Source: Fibrobacterales bacterium | GTDB lineage: Bacteria > Fibrobacterota > Fibrobacteria > Fibrobacterales > JAOPTW01 | DNA length: 64,000 bases | Reading direction: 5' to 3' | NCBI GenBank assembly: GCA_051532055.1 | Contig: JAOPTX010000007.1 | Coordinates: 32,001 to 96,000 of the forward strand | Shown here: positions 41,411-50,694 of the stretch, one piece after another | Numbering within the stretch: the stretch's first letter is position 1 | Layout of the letters: every line of letters starts with the position of its first letter | Position numbers and translations under genes: made by a program | Notes under the pieces: model-generated | Seen by the model: only the letters and a program-made list of their open reading frames with translations | The model's database searches: none | What the model was told of the DNA's origin: nothing

Positions 41411-42431
41411 AAAAATCGGTACTATTCTCGTGATCCATCGCCATTTCATTGTATGCATTGCTCTTTTTTGCAGCAATGATATCAATCAATTTATTATTAA
41501 ATTCCGCGGCAGAATCTATGCCATTCATTTTCATAAGCATGTTCATCGCGATCACCTCAGATATGACAGTCATATTTTTACCAGGGGTTATTGGTATCTG
41601 GACCGTGTTTACAGGAATACCCATAATTTGCCGTGTCGCATCACCCAATCCCGTCCGCTCATAACTTGTTTCAGCATTCCAGAGCTGTAAATCTACTATT
41701 ATCTCTACTTTTTTTACCTTACGTACTGCGTGAATTCCAAACATCGATTTAATATCAATAATTCCCACACCGCGAATCTCCATATGGTGGTCTATTATAT
41801 TACTGCTTTTTCCAATAATAGAATCACCGATTCGTGTTAAACGAACCGCATCATCAGCCACTAGCCTGTGTCCTCGCTCAACTAAATCAAGAGCACACTC
41901 ACTTTTACCAATATTACTCTGACCAACATAGAGCATTCCCACACCATACACATCTACCAGTGATGCATGTACATTCACATACGGAGCAAACCAATTCTCC
42001 AATATCTTTTGAAGAGACCTAATGAGGGTTATCGACGGCTTTTGACAACTCATAATAGGGATTTTAAGCTCGGTACACATTTCAACCAGCTCGTTATGTG
42101 CAGGAAGGTCATGAGTCACAACCCATAGGGGTGAAGGATATTTCTTGAGGCGATCAAAAATCTCCATTCTCCGGTCTTTCCCTACAGATTCTAAATAAGA
42201 CCACTCTGTAGTACCAATGAGCTGAACTCGTTGATGAGTATAGACGTCAAGAAAACCGGCCAAAGCCATTCCCGGTCGGTTTATATACGGCTCAGTAATC
42301 TTGGAATCAAGAGTCTCAGCCCCATTTAATAATTGTAATTTGAACTCCTCTTGATAGCGTGTATAAAAATCTCGTACGAGATATTTCCGTTTACACACTA
42401 CCTCAAGGTTATCAAGAGCATTTTGTTTCAA
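41403..42431 (-). CDS. hprK: HPr(Ser) kinase/phosphorylase
   Basis: NRPG, GQSNIGKSE Walker A, GHRLVADD, HMEIRGVGII. Confidence 0.95.
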   Translation of the reverse strand: MKQNALDNLEVVCKRKYLVRDFYTRYQEEFKLQLLNGAETLDSKITEPYINRPGMALAGFLDVYTHQRVQLIGTTEWSYLESVGKDRRMEIFDRLKKYPSPLWVVTHDLPAHNELVEMCTELKIPIMSCQKPSITLIRSLQKILENWFAPYVNVHASLVDVYGVGMLYVGQSNIGKSECALDLVERGHRLVADDAVRLTRIGDSIIGKSSNIIDHHMEIRGVGIIDIKSMFGIHAVRKVKKVEIIVDLQLWNAETSYERTGLGDATRQIMGIPVNTVQIPITPGKNMTVISEVIAMNMLMKMNGIDSAAEFNNKLIDIIAAKKSNAYNEMAMDHENSTDFYE

Positions 42432-42439
42432 TAGTTAAC

Positions 42440-42760
42440 TTAACCCTCCACCATATCTGCGGTTGGATTTGCTTTATGTGATTTTAGAATCTCATTCTCT
42501 TTTTTCAGCTGACGTTGCATTCTTTCGAGTACTTTTTCTACCGCTTTACCCATGTTCTCTTCTTCTGCTTTTGCGACAACTGTTTTATTAAGGATATTTA
42601 CCGTGATCTCAGCCGAACGTGAACTTTTATGTTGCTCAAGGATAACATGGGCATCAATAATATTGTTATAAAACTGAGACAGTGCCTGAACATCTGCGGT
42701 CATATTATCTTGCAGTTCTTGAGAAGCGTGAAAATGTCTGGCTGTAAATTGAACGTTCAT
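42440..42760 (-). CDS. hpf: Ribosome hibernation promoting factor (short HPF/RaiA)
   Basis: MNVQFTARH N-terminus, RQLKK C-terminal helix, follows rpoN. Confidence 0.88.
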   Translation of the reverse strand: MNVQFTARHFHASQELQDNMTADVQALSQFYNNIIDAHVILEQHKSSRSAEITVNILNKTVVAKAEEENMGKAVEKVLERMQRQLKKENEILKSHKANPTADMVEG

Positions 42761-43016
42761 AGGTATTCTCCATTGTTATGTGAATGAGACCTCGTTTAAG
42801 TCATTAAGATTATGCAACTTAACACCACCTCATAGTACTAGTATACATTAGTTTTAAACTTTAAAAAAGCACTATTTTAATTTTTTTCCATCTTAGAAAC
42901 GTTTTACTCGTCACAGTTTAAAGATCATACTTTTAAGGATATATTCTCACAATATGGTCAATTATTTGATTAAAAAGCCTCTATAGAGCTTTCCCACACA
43001 ACAAATCACACTCTTC

Positions 43017-44483
43017 TTAAAACTTTTTGCGCATGCGAGCGGGTAAAATATTGAGCTGTTCTCTATACTTAGCAACCGTTCGTCGCGCAACTTCGATACC
43101 CTTGATTTTGAGAGCTTCGACAATTTTTTGATCACTCAAAGGTTTTTTAGGATCTTCATTTTCAATGGTGTCCTTGATCGACCCTTTAGTGCGTTCTGCA
43201 GAAACCTCCGATCCATCTTGCTGAGTCACACTCGAAGTAAAAAACTTTTTCAATTCAAATATTCCCATATCGGTCTGTACATATTTACCGTTAGTCACCC
43301 GATTCACCGTCGAAATGTGCATCTCAATTTTATCAGCGATATCCTGCAAAATCAGAGGTTTAAGAAACGAAGGCCCTTTAAAAAAGAAATCATGCTGCAC
43401 CTCGACAATTGCCTGAGTCACTTTGAGAATAGTTGATTTTCTTTGGTCAATACTCCGCATCAGCCAATTTGCAGAATTAAGCTTCTGTTTTACAAACTGC
43501 TTCTCTTCACCTTTAAGCTTGCTGCCCTTCTGAAGAATAGAGCTATAGGCTTTAGAAATACGCAAATTTGGTACACTTTTATCATTGAGGTATACCATCA
43601 GTTTCCCCTCAACATTTTCTACAGCCACATCAGGTATAACTGTTGCACTACCACCATCACCAATCGCTTGTCCCGGCTTTGGATTGAGTCGAGCAATGTC
43701 ACCGAGTGCTTTTTGAATTTCTGAAGTAGACGTATCATATTTTTTAGCTAGATTAGAGACCTGCAATTTTTGCAACATCCCATAGCTCTCTTCTAGTATT
43801 TTGACAGTAAATATTGAATCAAAAACCTCTTTGCGGGCCTGTAGCAACAAACATTCCTGCACTGAAGTTGCCCCAACTCCTGCCGGAGTAAAAGTTTGGA
43901 GCACATGAAATGCTTCACGTACATCATTGCTCACCTCATACAAACTCTTATCAGCGTTGATAACCGACTCTATCTCAGTATAAAACCTATTACTCGTGGT
44001 AGGTATCTCTTCGCCAGATTCACGGATGAGCAAACCATCAGCATTAAGGCTATATATCAGGTACTCAACTAAATCAGTTATCTCTGCAGAAAGTTTTCGG
44101 TCTTCGAGTTGTTCTATCAAATAATCTTCAAGATTTTTTGAATACACAATAGGGCGTTCATACTGTTCATCAGGATCGGGACGAGAGTCCATAGACTGCA
44201 TGCCATAATCAAAGCCATCGTTCAGATACTCATCCCAATCGATCTCCTCTTTGGCCTCTTGAATCTCATCAAGCTCTGTCTCTTTCGTCTCAGTAGCTTC
44301 TGGTTCTTTTACATCTTCGACTTCACTCTCAATTTCAAGTATGGGATTTACTTCCAACTCTTGTTGTACCATAAGTTCTAGCTCTTGTGAGGTCACCTGA
44401 AGCAACTTCAAAGATTGAATCATCTGAGGCGAAAGTCTCTGCTCCAGTTTCGCACTAATATTAAGCTGTAATCCTAAATCCAT
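43017..44483 (-). CDS. rpoN: RNA polymerase sigma-54
   Basis: PQMIQSLKLLQ region I, HISTVNR HTH, ARRTVAKYRE RpoN box. Confidence 0.98.
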   Translation of the reverse strand: MDLGLQLNISAKLEQRLSPQMIQSLKLLQVTSQELELMVQQELEVNPILEIESEVEDVKEPEATETKETELDEIQEAKEEIDWDEYLNDGFDYGMQSMDSRPDPDEQYERPIVYSKNLEDYLIEQLEDRKLSAEITDLVEYLIYSLNADGLLIRESGEEIPTTSNRFYTEIESVINADKSLYEVSNDVREAFHVLQTFTPAGVGATSVQECLLLQARKEVFDSIFTVKILEESYGMLQKLQVSNLAKKYDTSTSEIQKALGDIARLNPKPGQAIGDGGSATVIPDVAVENVEGKLMVYLNDKSVPNLRISKAYSSILQKGSKLKGEEKQFVKQKLNSANWLMRSIDQRKSTILKVTQAIVEVQHDFFFKGPSFLKPLILQDIADKIEMHISTVNRVTNGKYVQTDMGIFELKKFFTSSVTQQDGSEVSAERTKGSIKDTIENEDPKKPLSDQKIVEALKIKGIEVARRTVAKYREQLNILPARMRKKF

Positions 44484-44492
44484 AGTTCTCTC

Positions 44493-45230
44493 TTATAGAC
44501 TAAATGATTGTCCAAGATAAATACGTTTCGCATCTTCATCATTTGCAAGGTGATCAGCAGTACCCTCAATAAGTACCCTTCCTTGAAACATTATATAAGC
44601 CCTATCTGTTATAGCCAATGTTTCTCTCACACTGTGATCAGTGATGAGAATCCCCATATTATCATTTTTTAACTTCGAAATGATAGATTGGATATCTTCA
44701 ACCGCAATAGGATCTATTCCAGCAAAAGGCTCATCCAACAACAAAAAATCGGGTTCTGACGCTAAAGCTCGCGCAATTTCGAGACGACGCCGTTCACCAC
44801 CAGAGAGCGAATAGGCTTTATTTTTACGCAGCCTAGTGATCTTAAAGTCTTCAAGTAAAAATTCGAGTCGTTCTTTCCGCTCTTTTTTATTCATCTTCAT
44901 AGTCTGTAAAATCGCCATGATATTATCTTCTACAGAGAGCTTTCGAAAAATCGATGCTTCTTGGGGAAGATACCCAAGCCCCAAACGGGCCCGTTTATAC
45001 ATTGGAATTTTGGTTACATCATGGTCATCAAGGTAGACCACACCCCCTGATGGCTTCACCATTCCCGCCATCATATAAAAACTGGTTGTTTTACCAGCGC
45101 CATTAGGTCCCAGTAGCCCTACGACTTCGCCTTGGGTTACTCGAATAGAGACCCCATCCACCACCTTACGATCACCATATACTTTTATAAGGTGCTCTGT
45201 GCGAATTGTTCTTCCTAAATTCTCTACCAT
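44493..45230 (-). CDS. lptB: LPS export ABC ATPase
   Basis: [40 protein letters not shown]. Confidence 0.96.
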   Translation of the reverse strand: MVENLGRTIRTEHLIKVYGDRKVVDGVSIRVTQGEVVGLLGPNGAGKTTSFYMMAGMVKPSGGVVYLDDHDVTKIPMYKRARLGLGYLPQEASIFRKLSVEDNIMAILQTMKMNKKERKERLEFLLEDFKITRLRKNKAYSLSGGERRRLEIARALASEPDFLLLDEPFAGIDPIAVEDIQSIISKLKNDNMGILITDHSVRETLAITDRAYIMFQGRVLIEGTADHLANDEDAKRIYLGQSFSL

Positions 45231-45266
45231 ATATTCCAACTTTATATCAGACAGTAATGGACTGCC

Positions 45267-46442
45267 TTACTTAACTATTGAGTCCTTCACCTCTACCTCT
45301 GTATTCAGAGGGCTGGGTGTAATTGCACTCTCTTTTTTCTCACCAGAGTAAATTCCCTGAGACACATTACCTTTTAAGGTAAAACCACTTATTGCTCGAT
45401 TTTTAAAATTAAGCCAGATTGTGTCACCAACAGCATCATTCTTTCCTTCAAATTTCCCCTGGTCACTAAAATAGTGATATAGCGTACTCGCCTGTTCCCA
45501 GATTTTAATGGTATCAAGCATCCCTTGTTTCATAATCATCTTAAGGGAGTTGCCCTTCATTTTATTAATAAAATCAGGACGGTCATCTCTATAATTTTTA
45601 CTCTCGGCACTTCCAATTACTTCAAGGTTACTGATGAATGAATTTTGAAATTCAACAATCAATGAATCACCGACAATTTCAGAAATGTCATGGGCCCCGC
45701 CCCCACTCTTCTCTTTTTTTAAACCCTTTGCTCCTTGGACAACCTCAATACGTCGAATAGTATCCTTATCCATAAAGATTCTCATAAGAGAACCTTCAAT
45801 TTCAAATTGTTCAATAATTGCTTTTGGGGAACCTTTCAATATCAATTCACCCTTCTCAATATTGTAAATAGCAGTATCACAAGAAATTGACATCTTTTCT
45901 TGGGTAACCGTGACCCCATGAATGGCATGAGCCACTTGTAAAGAATCATTAAATTCAAGAAGTTCAGCCTTAATCTCAAGAGTATCGTCTTTACCCTCAT
46001 CACCAGGTATCAAGCGACGAATCATTGGATTTATTTTTACTTGAGTAAGCTTTTTATCTTGATAATAATCAAGTTCACCTCCATAGAGGAACAGTGATGA
46101 TGCAGAGTCTCGGGCAACAACATTTCCCTTTGCATTTACCCGATTGTCGGCTTTTTGATAGAATCCACTTTTCGCGGTGAGCTGCCCCTTAGGATGACGA
46201 AACCGAAAACCCCCATCACAATAGAGCGCATCTTTCTTACTATCCCAGGTTGCGGATTCAGTATAAAACTTGGCATCACCTCGCTTGAACCTAATTCCTC
46301 CTTCAAGGAAATAGCTCCCCGAACTACCAGAGCCTCGAAACTTATCTGCATGTTCCATAATCAAGGGTTCTACTGAAAAGCTCAATTCGCAGAAAACGAA
46401 GAGAATTAAAAAAGAGAATGTATACAAGTTAGCGCGTTCCAT
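45267..46442 (-). CDS. lptA: Long LptA/OstA-like beta-jellyroll protein
   Basis: Signal peptide, repeated OstA-type strands, lies between lptC and lptB. Confidence 0.75.
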   Translation of the reverse strand: MERANLYTFSFLILFVFCELSFSVEPLIMEHADKFRGSGSSGSYFLEGGIRFKRGDAKFYTESATWDSKKDALYCDGGFRFRHPKGQLTAKSGFYQKADNRVNAKGNVVARDSASSLFLYGGELDYYQDKKLTQVKINPMIRRLIPGDEGKDDTLEIKAELLEFNDSLQVAHAIHGVTVTQEKMSISCDTAIYNIEKGELILKGSPKAIIEQFEIEGSLMRIFMDKDTIRRIEVVQGAKGLKKEKSGGGAHDISEIVGDSLIVEFQNSFISNLEVIGSAESKNYRDDRPDFINKMKGNSLKMIMKQGMLDTIKIWEQASTLYHYFSDQGKFEGKNDAVGDTIWLNFKNRAISGFTLKGNVSQGIYSGEKKESAITPSPLNTEVEVKDSIVK

Positions 46443-46539
46443 AGGATTAAAATAAAAATTTTATGTTGAAAATACCTCAATTCACCATTAATTGGTATGA
46501 ATTTTGCTTATTTTAATCAAACAAAGTTCATTTTACAAA

Positions 46540-47130
46540 TTATTCCTCAGAAGCTCCAGAAACATCACTTGCCTCAATAGTTTCAATACCCTCATCTACA
46601 TTTTGCAAAATGGCAGTGACTCCTGATAAAATTCGCCAATCTTTTAGGTCAACATCAGAAATAAAGCCTGTCCCCGTTAGTACATCGCCATCTTCTGAAA
46701 TAACCCGAACCCGGCTATCTGTTGTTATACGATTTGAACGTTTATCCCACGTGAGGGAGTCAGCCTTAATAGAGGCCCCTTCTTGAGTTTTTAAAAATAC
46801 ATCACCTTTTGCCACAATAAAGGTGAGATTATTATCAATTGTACCCGAATCAGCTTGAACCACACCCGTTTCAACACCAAGAGAATCAAATATGACCACA
46901 TTTATTGGACGTGCAAATATTTTTTCATCACCACTCCACCGCTCGAGATACTTTGTACGTAAAACCCAGAGCAATTTATCCTTATCAAAATACTCCATAG
47001 TGGTGGTACTATCGAAAAGCATGCTGGGACGCGGTGTAATCGTTATTTTTTTCTCTTCATTAAGCTCTAATTTGCTGCACGAAATAGTCATTAACATGCT
47101 AAGAGCGACAAAAATCCACACAAAACTCAT
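46540..47130 (-). CDS. lptC: LPS export periplasmic protein LptC (lipoprotein-like)
   Basis: 'AKGDV', 'ADSLTWD', 'ITTDSRV', 'GTGF' LptC-type motifs; AAGGA SD before ATG 47130. Confidence 0.82.
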   Translation of the reverse strand: MSFVWIFVALSMLMTISCSKLELNEEKKITITPRPSMLFDSTTTMEYFDKDKLLWVLRTKYLERWSGDEKIFARPINVVIFDSLGVETGVVQADSGTIDNNLTFIVAKGDVFLKTQEGASIKADSLTWDKRSNRITTDSRVRVISEDGDVLTGTGFISDVDLKDWRILSGVTAILQNVDEGIETIEASDVSGASEE

Positions 47131-47272
47131 AATTATCCTTACAAAAGGGCACAAACCCCCATAGGAGCACATGAGTAAATGTAACAAATCAGTACATTTT
47201 GAGGTGTATTGACCATACTTTTACATTAGCTCACACCCCCTCAATTATTTTTTAAAAATTTTAAGTTTTTAC

Positions 47273-47300
47273 TCAAGATTCATTAAGGTCTGGTCGATAT
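47273..47300 (+). promoter_or_regulatory. Putative sigma-28 promoter
   Basis: TCAAG-N15-GTCGATAT; intergenic. Confidence 0.55.
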
Positions 47301-47306
47301 GATATG

Positions 47307-47434
47307 AGAAGGATTTGGTGTATTGTAAACGGACTAATTTCTTTCACATCATTTTTGGAGGACTCTTCCCCTTTGACTTCCGAATTTGATACTCTCCGAT
47401 CATAAGGCAAATATCCCTGATATTTGCCTTTTTT
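47307..47434 (+). ncRNA. Candidate trans-acting small RNA with C/U-rich loops
   Basis: Bounded by a sigma-28-like promoter and a strong terminator. Hairpins TTTGGAGG/CTTCCGAA (loop ACTCTTCCCCTTTGA) and TGAT/ATCA (loop ACTCTCCG). Confidence 0.55.
47404..47434 (+). terminator. Intrinsic terminator
   Basis: AAGGCAAATATC-CCT-GATATTTGCCTT-TTTT, with no plus-strand gene directly upstream. Confidence 0.85.
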
Positions 47435-47483
47435 CTATCCCTTTTTTTTATAATTTGATCAAACACACTTGTGGATTAACTCT

Positions 47484-47786
47484 ATGGCCAACTCAATATT
47501 TGAGAAACTAAAAAATACAATCATTGAAGGTGCGACATTTTCGGCAGCCAAAGCAGAAGAAGCAGCACGTAAAGGGAAGCTTCACCTCGATATTCTCACT
47601 GAAAGGCGCAAATTAGCGGCCGCACTTGAGAATCTTGGTAAAAAAACTGTATCTGCTATTGAAGAGAATAACCTTGATTCTCTTAAAGAAAATGTTGATT
47701 GTATTTCTATTCTTGGTGAAATTAAAGTTTTACAAGATAAAATAACTGACCTCACTACTGTTCACGAAGAAGTAAAAAGCGAATAA
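47484..47786 (+). CDS. Small coiled-coil hypothetical protein
   Basis: SIFEKLKNTI.EG...AAKAEEAARKGKL pattern; coupled to the next gene by TAATG. Confidence 0.7.
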   Translation: MANSIFEKLKNTIIEGATFSAAKAEEAARKGKLHLDILTERRKLAAALENLGKKTVSAIEENNLDSLKENVDCISILGEIKVLQDKITDLTTVHEEVKSE

Positions 47787-48646
47787 TGAAAAAAATAGAC
47801 CTTGAGGTGTACCCTACAAACAATAGCAAAGAAAAATTTCAACCAAAATATTTTGAAATTACTGCAACACGTATTGGGGTCGTACTCACCCTCATAGCAC
47901 TTTCAGTCTCTGGATTTGTATTTTTTGACTACAATACAATCCATAACAACCTTTTTAGTCCACAACTTGAAGCTATTAAAGCCAATAATGCACGTCTTGA
48001 AGCAACACTTTCCGAGACAACAGAACAACTGAATACTGTAAAAAGAAATGTCTATTCTATAAAAAAAATAAATCAAAAGGTTACCACACTCGCAGGTAAA
48101 GACTCACTCACCACTCTCATAAATGGTGAAGGACTCGACTCTCTCGAACTCCCCAAACTCCATTATCAGATATTCAACTTGAAAGATTCTTACAACACAA
48201 CTGACTCTCTTTTCAAGAAAAATCCAAAATGGAGAGCTTCGATACCTGTCATTCACCCCCTTAAAAAAGATTTTTCAATCTCTAACTATTTTGCCAATAA
48301 TCTTGATCCATTTACCGGTAAACATATGCCTCATCTTGGTATTGATTATGTGAGCTCGCTTAAAGATATTGTTATTGCTACGGGAGGAGGTACAATCGCA
48401 GAATCTGATAAGAACGACCTCTTTGGCAATTATGTATTAATCCACCACTACGGTACCATCTATAGTTTTTATGCACATCTTGATCAGCGATCGGTGCGTC
48501 AAGGAAACCGAGTAAAACGAGGAGATGCTATTGGTCGCCTTGGAAACAGTGGGCGGTCATCAGGACCTCACCTTCATTATGAAATTAGAATTGGAAAAAA
48601 GCGTGTGAATCCACTTAACTATATCCTCTCTGAACTTCCTAATTAA
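47786..48646 (+). CDS. M23-family peptidase (peptidoglycan DD-endopeptidase)
   Basis: TM + coiled coil; HLGID (HxxxD), YAHL, GPHLHYE (HxH). Confidence 0.92.
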   Translation: MKKIDLEVYPTNNSKEKFQPKYFEITATRIGVVLTLIALSVSGFVFFDYNTIHNNLFSPQLEAIKANNARLEATLSETTEQLNTVKRNVYSIKKINQKVTTLAGKDSLTTLINGEGLDSLELPKLHYQIFNLKDSYNTTDSLFKKNPKWRASIPVIHPLKKDFSISNYFANNLDPFTGKHMPHLGIDYVSSLKDIVIATGGGTIAESDKNDLFGNYVLIHHYGTIYSFYAHLDQRSVRQGNRVKRGDAIGRLGNSGRSSGPHLHYEIRIGKKRVNPLNYILSELPN

Positions 48647-50631
48647 TCAACATCATTCTTAAATAAAAATGATGCTCTATGAGTCCCTGTTTCAACAACA
48701 AAAAGTAAAATACCTGTTGGATTGCTCTGATTCATAACCGTATATTTTTCTGGTATACAATTAACTCCAACACATGTACTGAGACGCTCACCAAAAAGCG
48801 AGTAAATTGTTCCTCTTGAATGAGATGTAAACAATCCCATATGCGCTGTACCCCTCAAAGGGACACTGCTGTTGGCCTGCGAAGAATTCGGTAATACATC
48901 ACCTACCTGACTACTCATTATTTCACCCTGAGTAAGAGAACTCAGAGAGGCCGCAGAAGAAATACTAGCATAAGATGATTCATAAGCACGACTTACCTGA
49001 ACAGCTCCACTACTCTCATCGATAATATTAACATCTTTAACTAGTGCACTGTCTGAACGAATATGGAGATACAGTGCACTCCATGATTCAAGAGAAACTC
49101 CGCTCACTCCATCAGGAATAGCATGTGCCCCATACGGAGCGATACTCGCATAGGGAACGGGTCCAAAAAGAGGGTCGCCTTCAACACCATTCACCGCAAT
49201 CACTGGAGACTCAGGGTCATTACCAGGAGCAGTTACCTCATACCAATACCAATAGTGAGATTCTGACGCCTCTTCTATTTTGGGTGAGAAGGTATAGACT
49301 TCATCAGAAGGATTCACCACAACAATTCCATATGAACCATCTTCAAATTGAGTACCATACATAGAAAGGTTACTCTCCTGACTTTGAGAAAGCTCAACCA
49401 TATGATCTCCAAAAAACCGATTTGTAAGATAATAAGCATAAAATGTAGGATGAGGTGTAAAGTCTTCTACGAGCGGATCTTTCCGCGAAAACATCCCGTG
49501 ATCCCCTTTTATCGAATCCCAACCATTTGCAATATCCCAAAGGTTCACCAATCCATACCCATGGGTGGCATATTCACCTAATGCCTGCGCAATGAGTAAT
49601 CCAGAGATATGTGCTTCATTTTTCTTACCTGCGCGTACATTATACTCCGTCATTGCTATGGGGAAATGATCTGCTGGTTTATCAGTATACTTTTCAACCA
49701 TGGTTTGTACCTGCGCAATATCTTCTCCGATCAGTTTCATGCTCGAGACCATCTCACTTACTGAAACATCATTATAATCAGCAGCCCAAGTAAAATACTC
49801 GTGTATAATAAGATAATCGGCGTACTCTTCTACTTCGGGAAGTACTCCCGCATTCCACATCAGAGTACCCGCCCCACTTTTATCTTCATTGTAGAGCACT
49901 GCTCCAATTTTAATAGAGGGGTCAGCCGCTTTCATTGAATCAACAAATACCCTGAAATCTTCGCCATACTCTTTCCCTGTAATGGTATCACCCGCAACAA
50001 CATATCCCATCTGCCAACTACCATAATTTTCATTACCTATTTCCCAATACCTTACCCCAGCTTTAAGAGTATCATTCACATGCCGTACCCACTCTGCAGC
50101 ATAATGAGCGGCCTCGGCAACAGGATCGACACTTGCACCATAACGCGCATATCCATAATTGACACAAATCTGTGCCTCTGCACCAATATTTTGAGCCATA
50201 GTTATCATCGCATCTGAAGAAAGAACCCAACTAGACCCATCACCTGCAAACGCTTGAAGTTCTGGTATGGTCTCCTCTATCAAATCACTGGGGATTACCC
50301 CATCCCAAAACCAGTTATTACTCCAATTACCCCCAGGCATTCTAAGAAATGTGATTCCCGCATCGCTCAGACGTTGTTGTGCGACAGAATCATCGACCCA
50401 CTTCTGCTTAATCCAACCATTAGTATTGTTGCCAAAAAGAGTCGGGAGAATTTTGCCAATGGTATCACTACCCAATGTAGCCACAACTGAATTATTCGAC
50501 TGAACAAGAGCTTTTGATTGATTAGAATAAAAGGTAGGCGAATGACGCTTCTTAAAGGTTTGATCAAAAAAACCGATATTTGCATCACCTATTACAACAA
50601 ACAGCAGCACACCAATGACAACTCGATTCAT
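48643..50631 (-). CDS. Secreted clan GH-A glycoside hydrolase (GH51/GH44/GH79-like) with Ser-rich linker and T9SS-like C-terminal domain
   Basis: LRMPGG, YWEIGNE (acid/base), AMTEYN (nucleophile), S-rich linker, 'TIYSLFGERL...GILLFVV'. Confidence 0.8.
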   Translation of the reverse strand: MNRVVIGVLLFVVIGDANIGFFDQTFKKRHSPTFYSNQSKALVQSNNSVVATLGSDTIGKILPTLFGNNTNGWIKQKWVDDSVAQQRLSDAGITFLRMPGGNWSNNWFWDGVIPSDLIEETIPELQAFAGDGSSWVLSSDAMITMAQNIGAEAQICVNYGYARYGASVDPVAEAAHYAAEWVRHVNDTLKAGVRYWEIGNENYGSWQMGYVVAGDTITGKEYGEDFRVFVDSMKAADPSIKIGAVLYNEDKSGAGTLMWNAGVLPEVEEYADYLIIHEYFTWAADYNDVSVSEMVSSMKLIGEDIAQVQTMVEKYTDKPADHFPIAMTEYNVRAGKKNEAHISGLLIAQALGEYATHGYGLVNLWDIANGWDSIKGDHGMFSRKDPLVEDFTPHPTFYAYYLTNRFFGDHMVELSQSQESNLSMYGTQFEDGSYGIVVVNPSDEVYTFSPKIEEASESHYWYWYEVTAPGNDPESPVIAVNGVEGDPLFGPVPYASIAPYGAHAIPDGVSGVSLESWSALYLHIRSDSALVKDVNIIDESSGAVQVSRAYESSYASISSAASLSSLTQGEIMSSQVGDVLPNSSQANSSVPLRGTAHMGLFTSHSRGTIYSLFGERLSTCVGVNCIPEKYTVMNQSNPTGILLFVVETGTHRASFLFKNDVD

Positions 50632-50694
50632 ACAATCTCCCTCTTAATACACCATTAGTCGTGTAAAGGTGAGATTGGTTCACTCTCAATTAAT

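Noticed and set aside
42812..42832. TGGTGT-TAAG-TTGC upstream of hpf (minus strand) as a sigma-54 promoter
   Set aside because: GG-to-GC distance is 9 nt rather than the required 10
47304..47405. 33-codon ORF (MRRIWCIVNG...DTLRS) spanning the candidate sRNA
   Set aside because: ATG lies only 3 nt after the -10 box, before the expected TSS, and has no SD. A leaderless peptide cannot be fully excluded without ribosome profiling.
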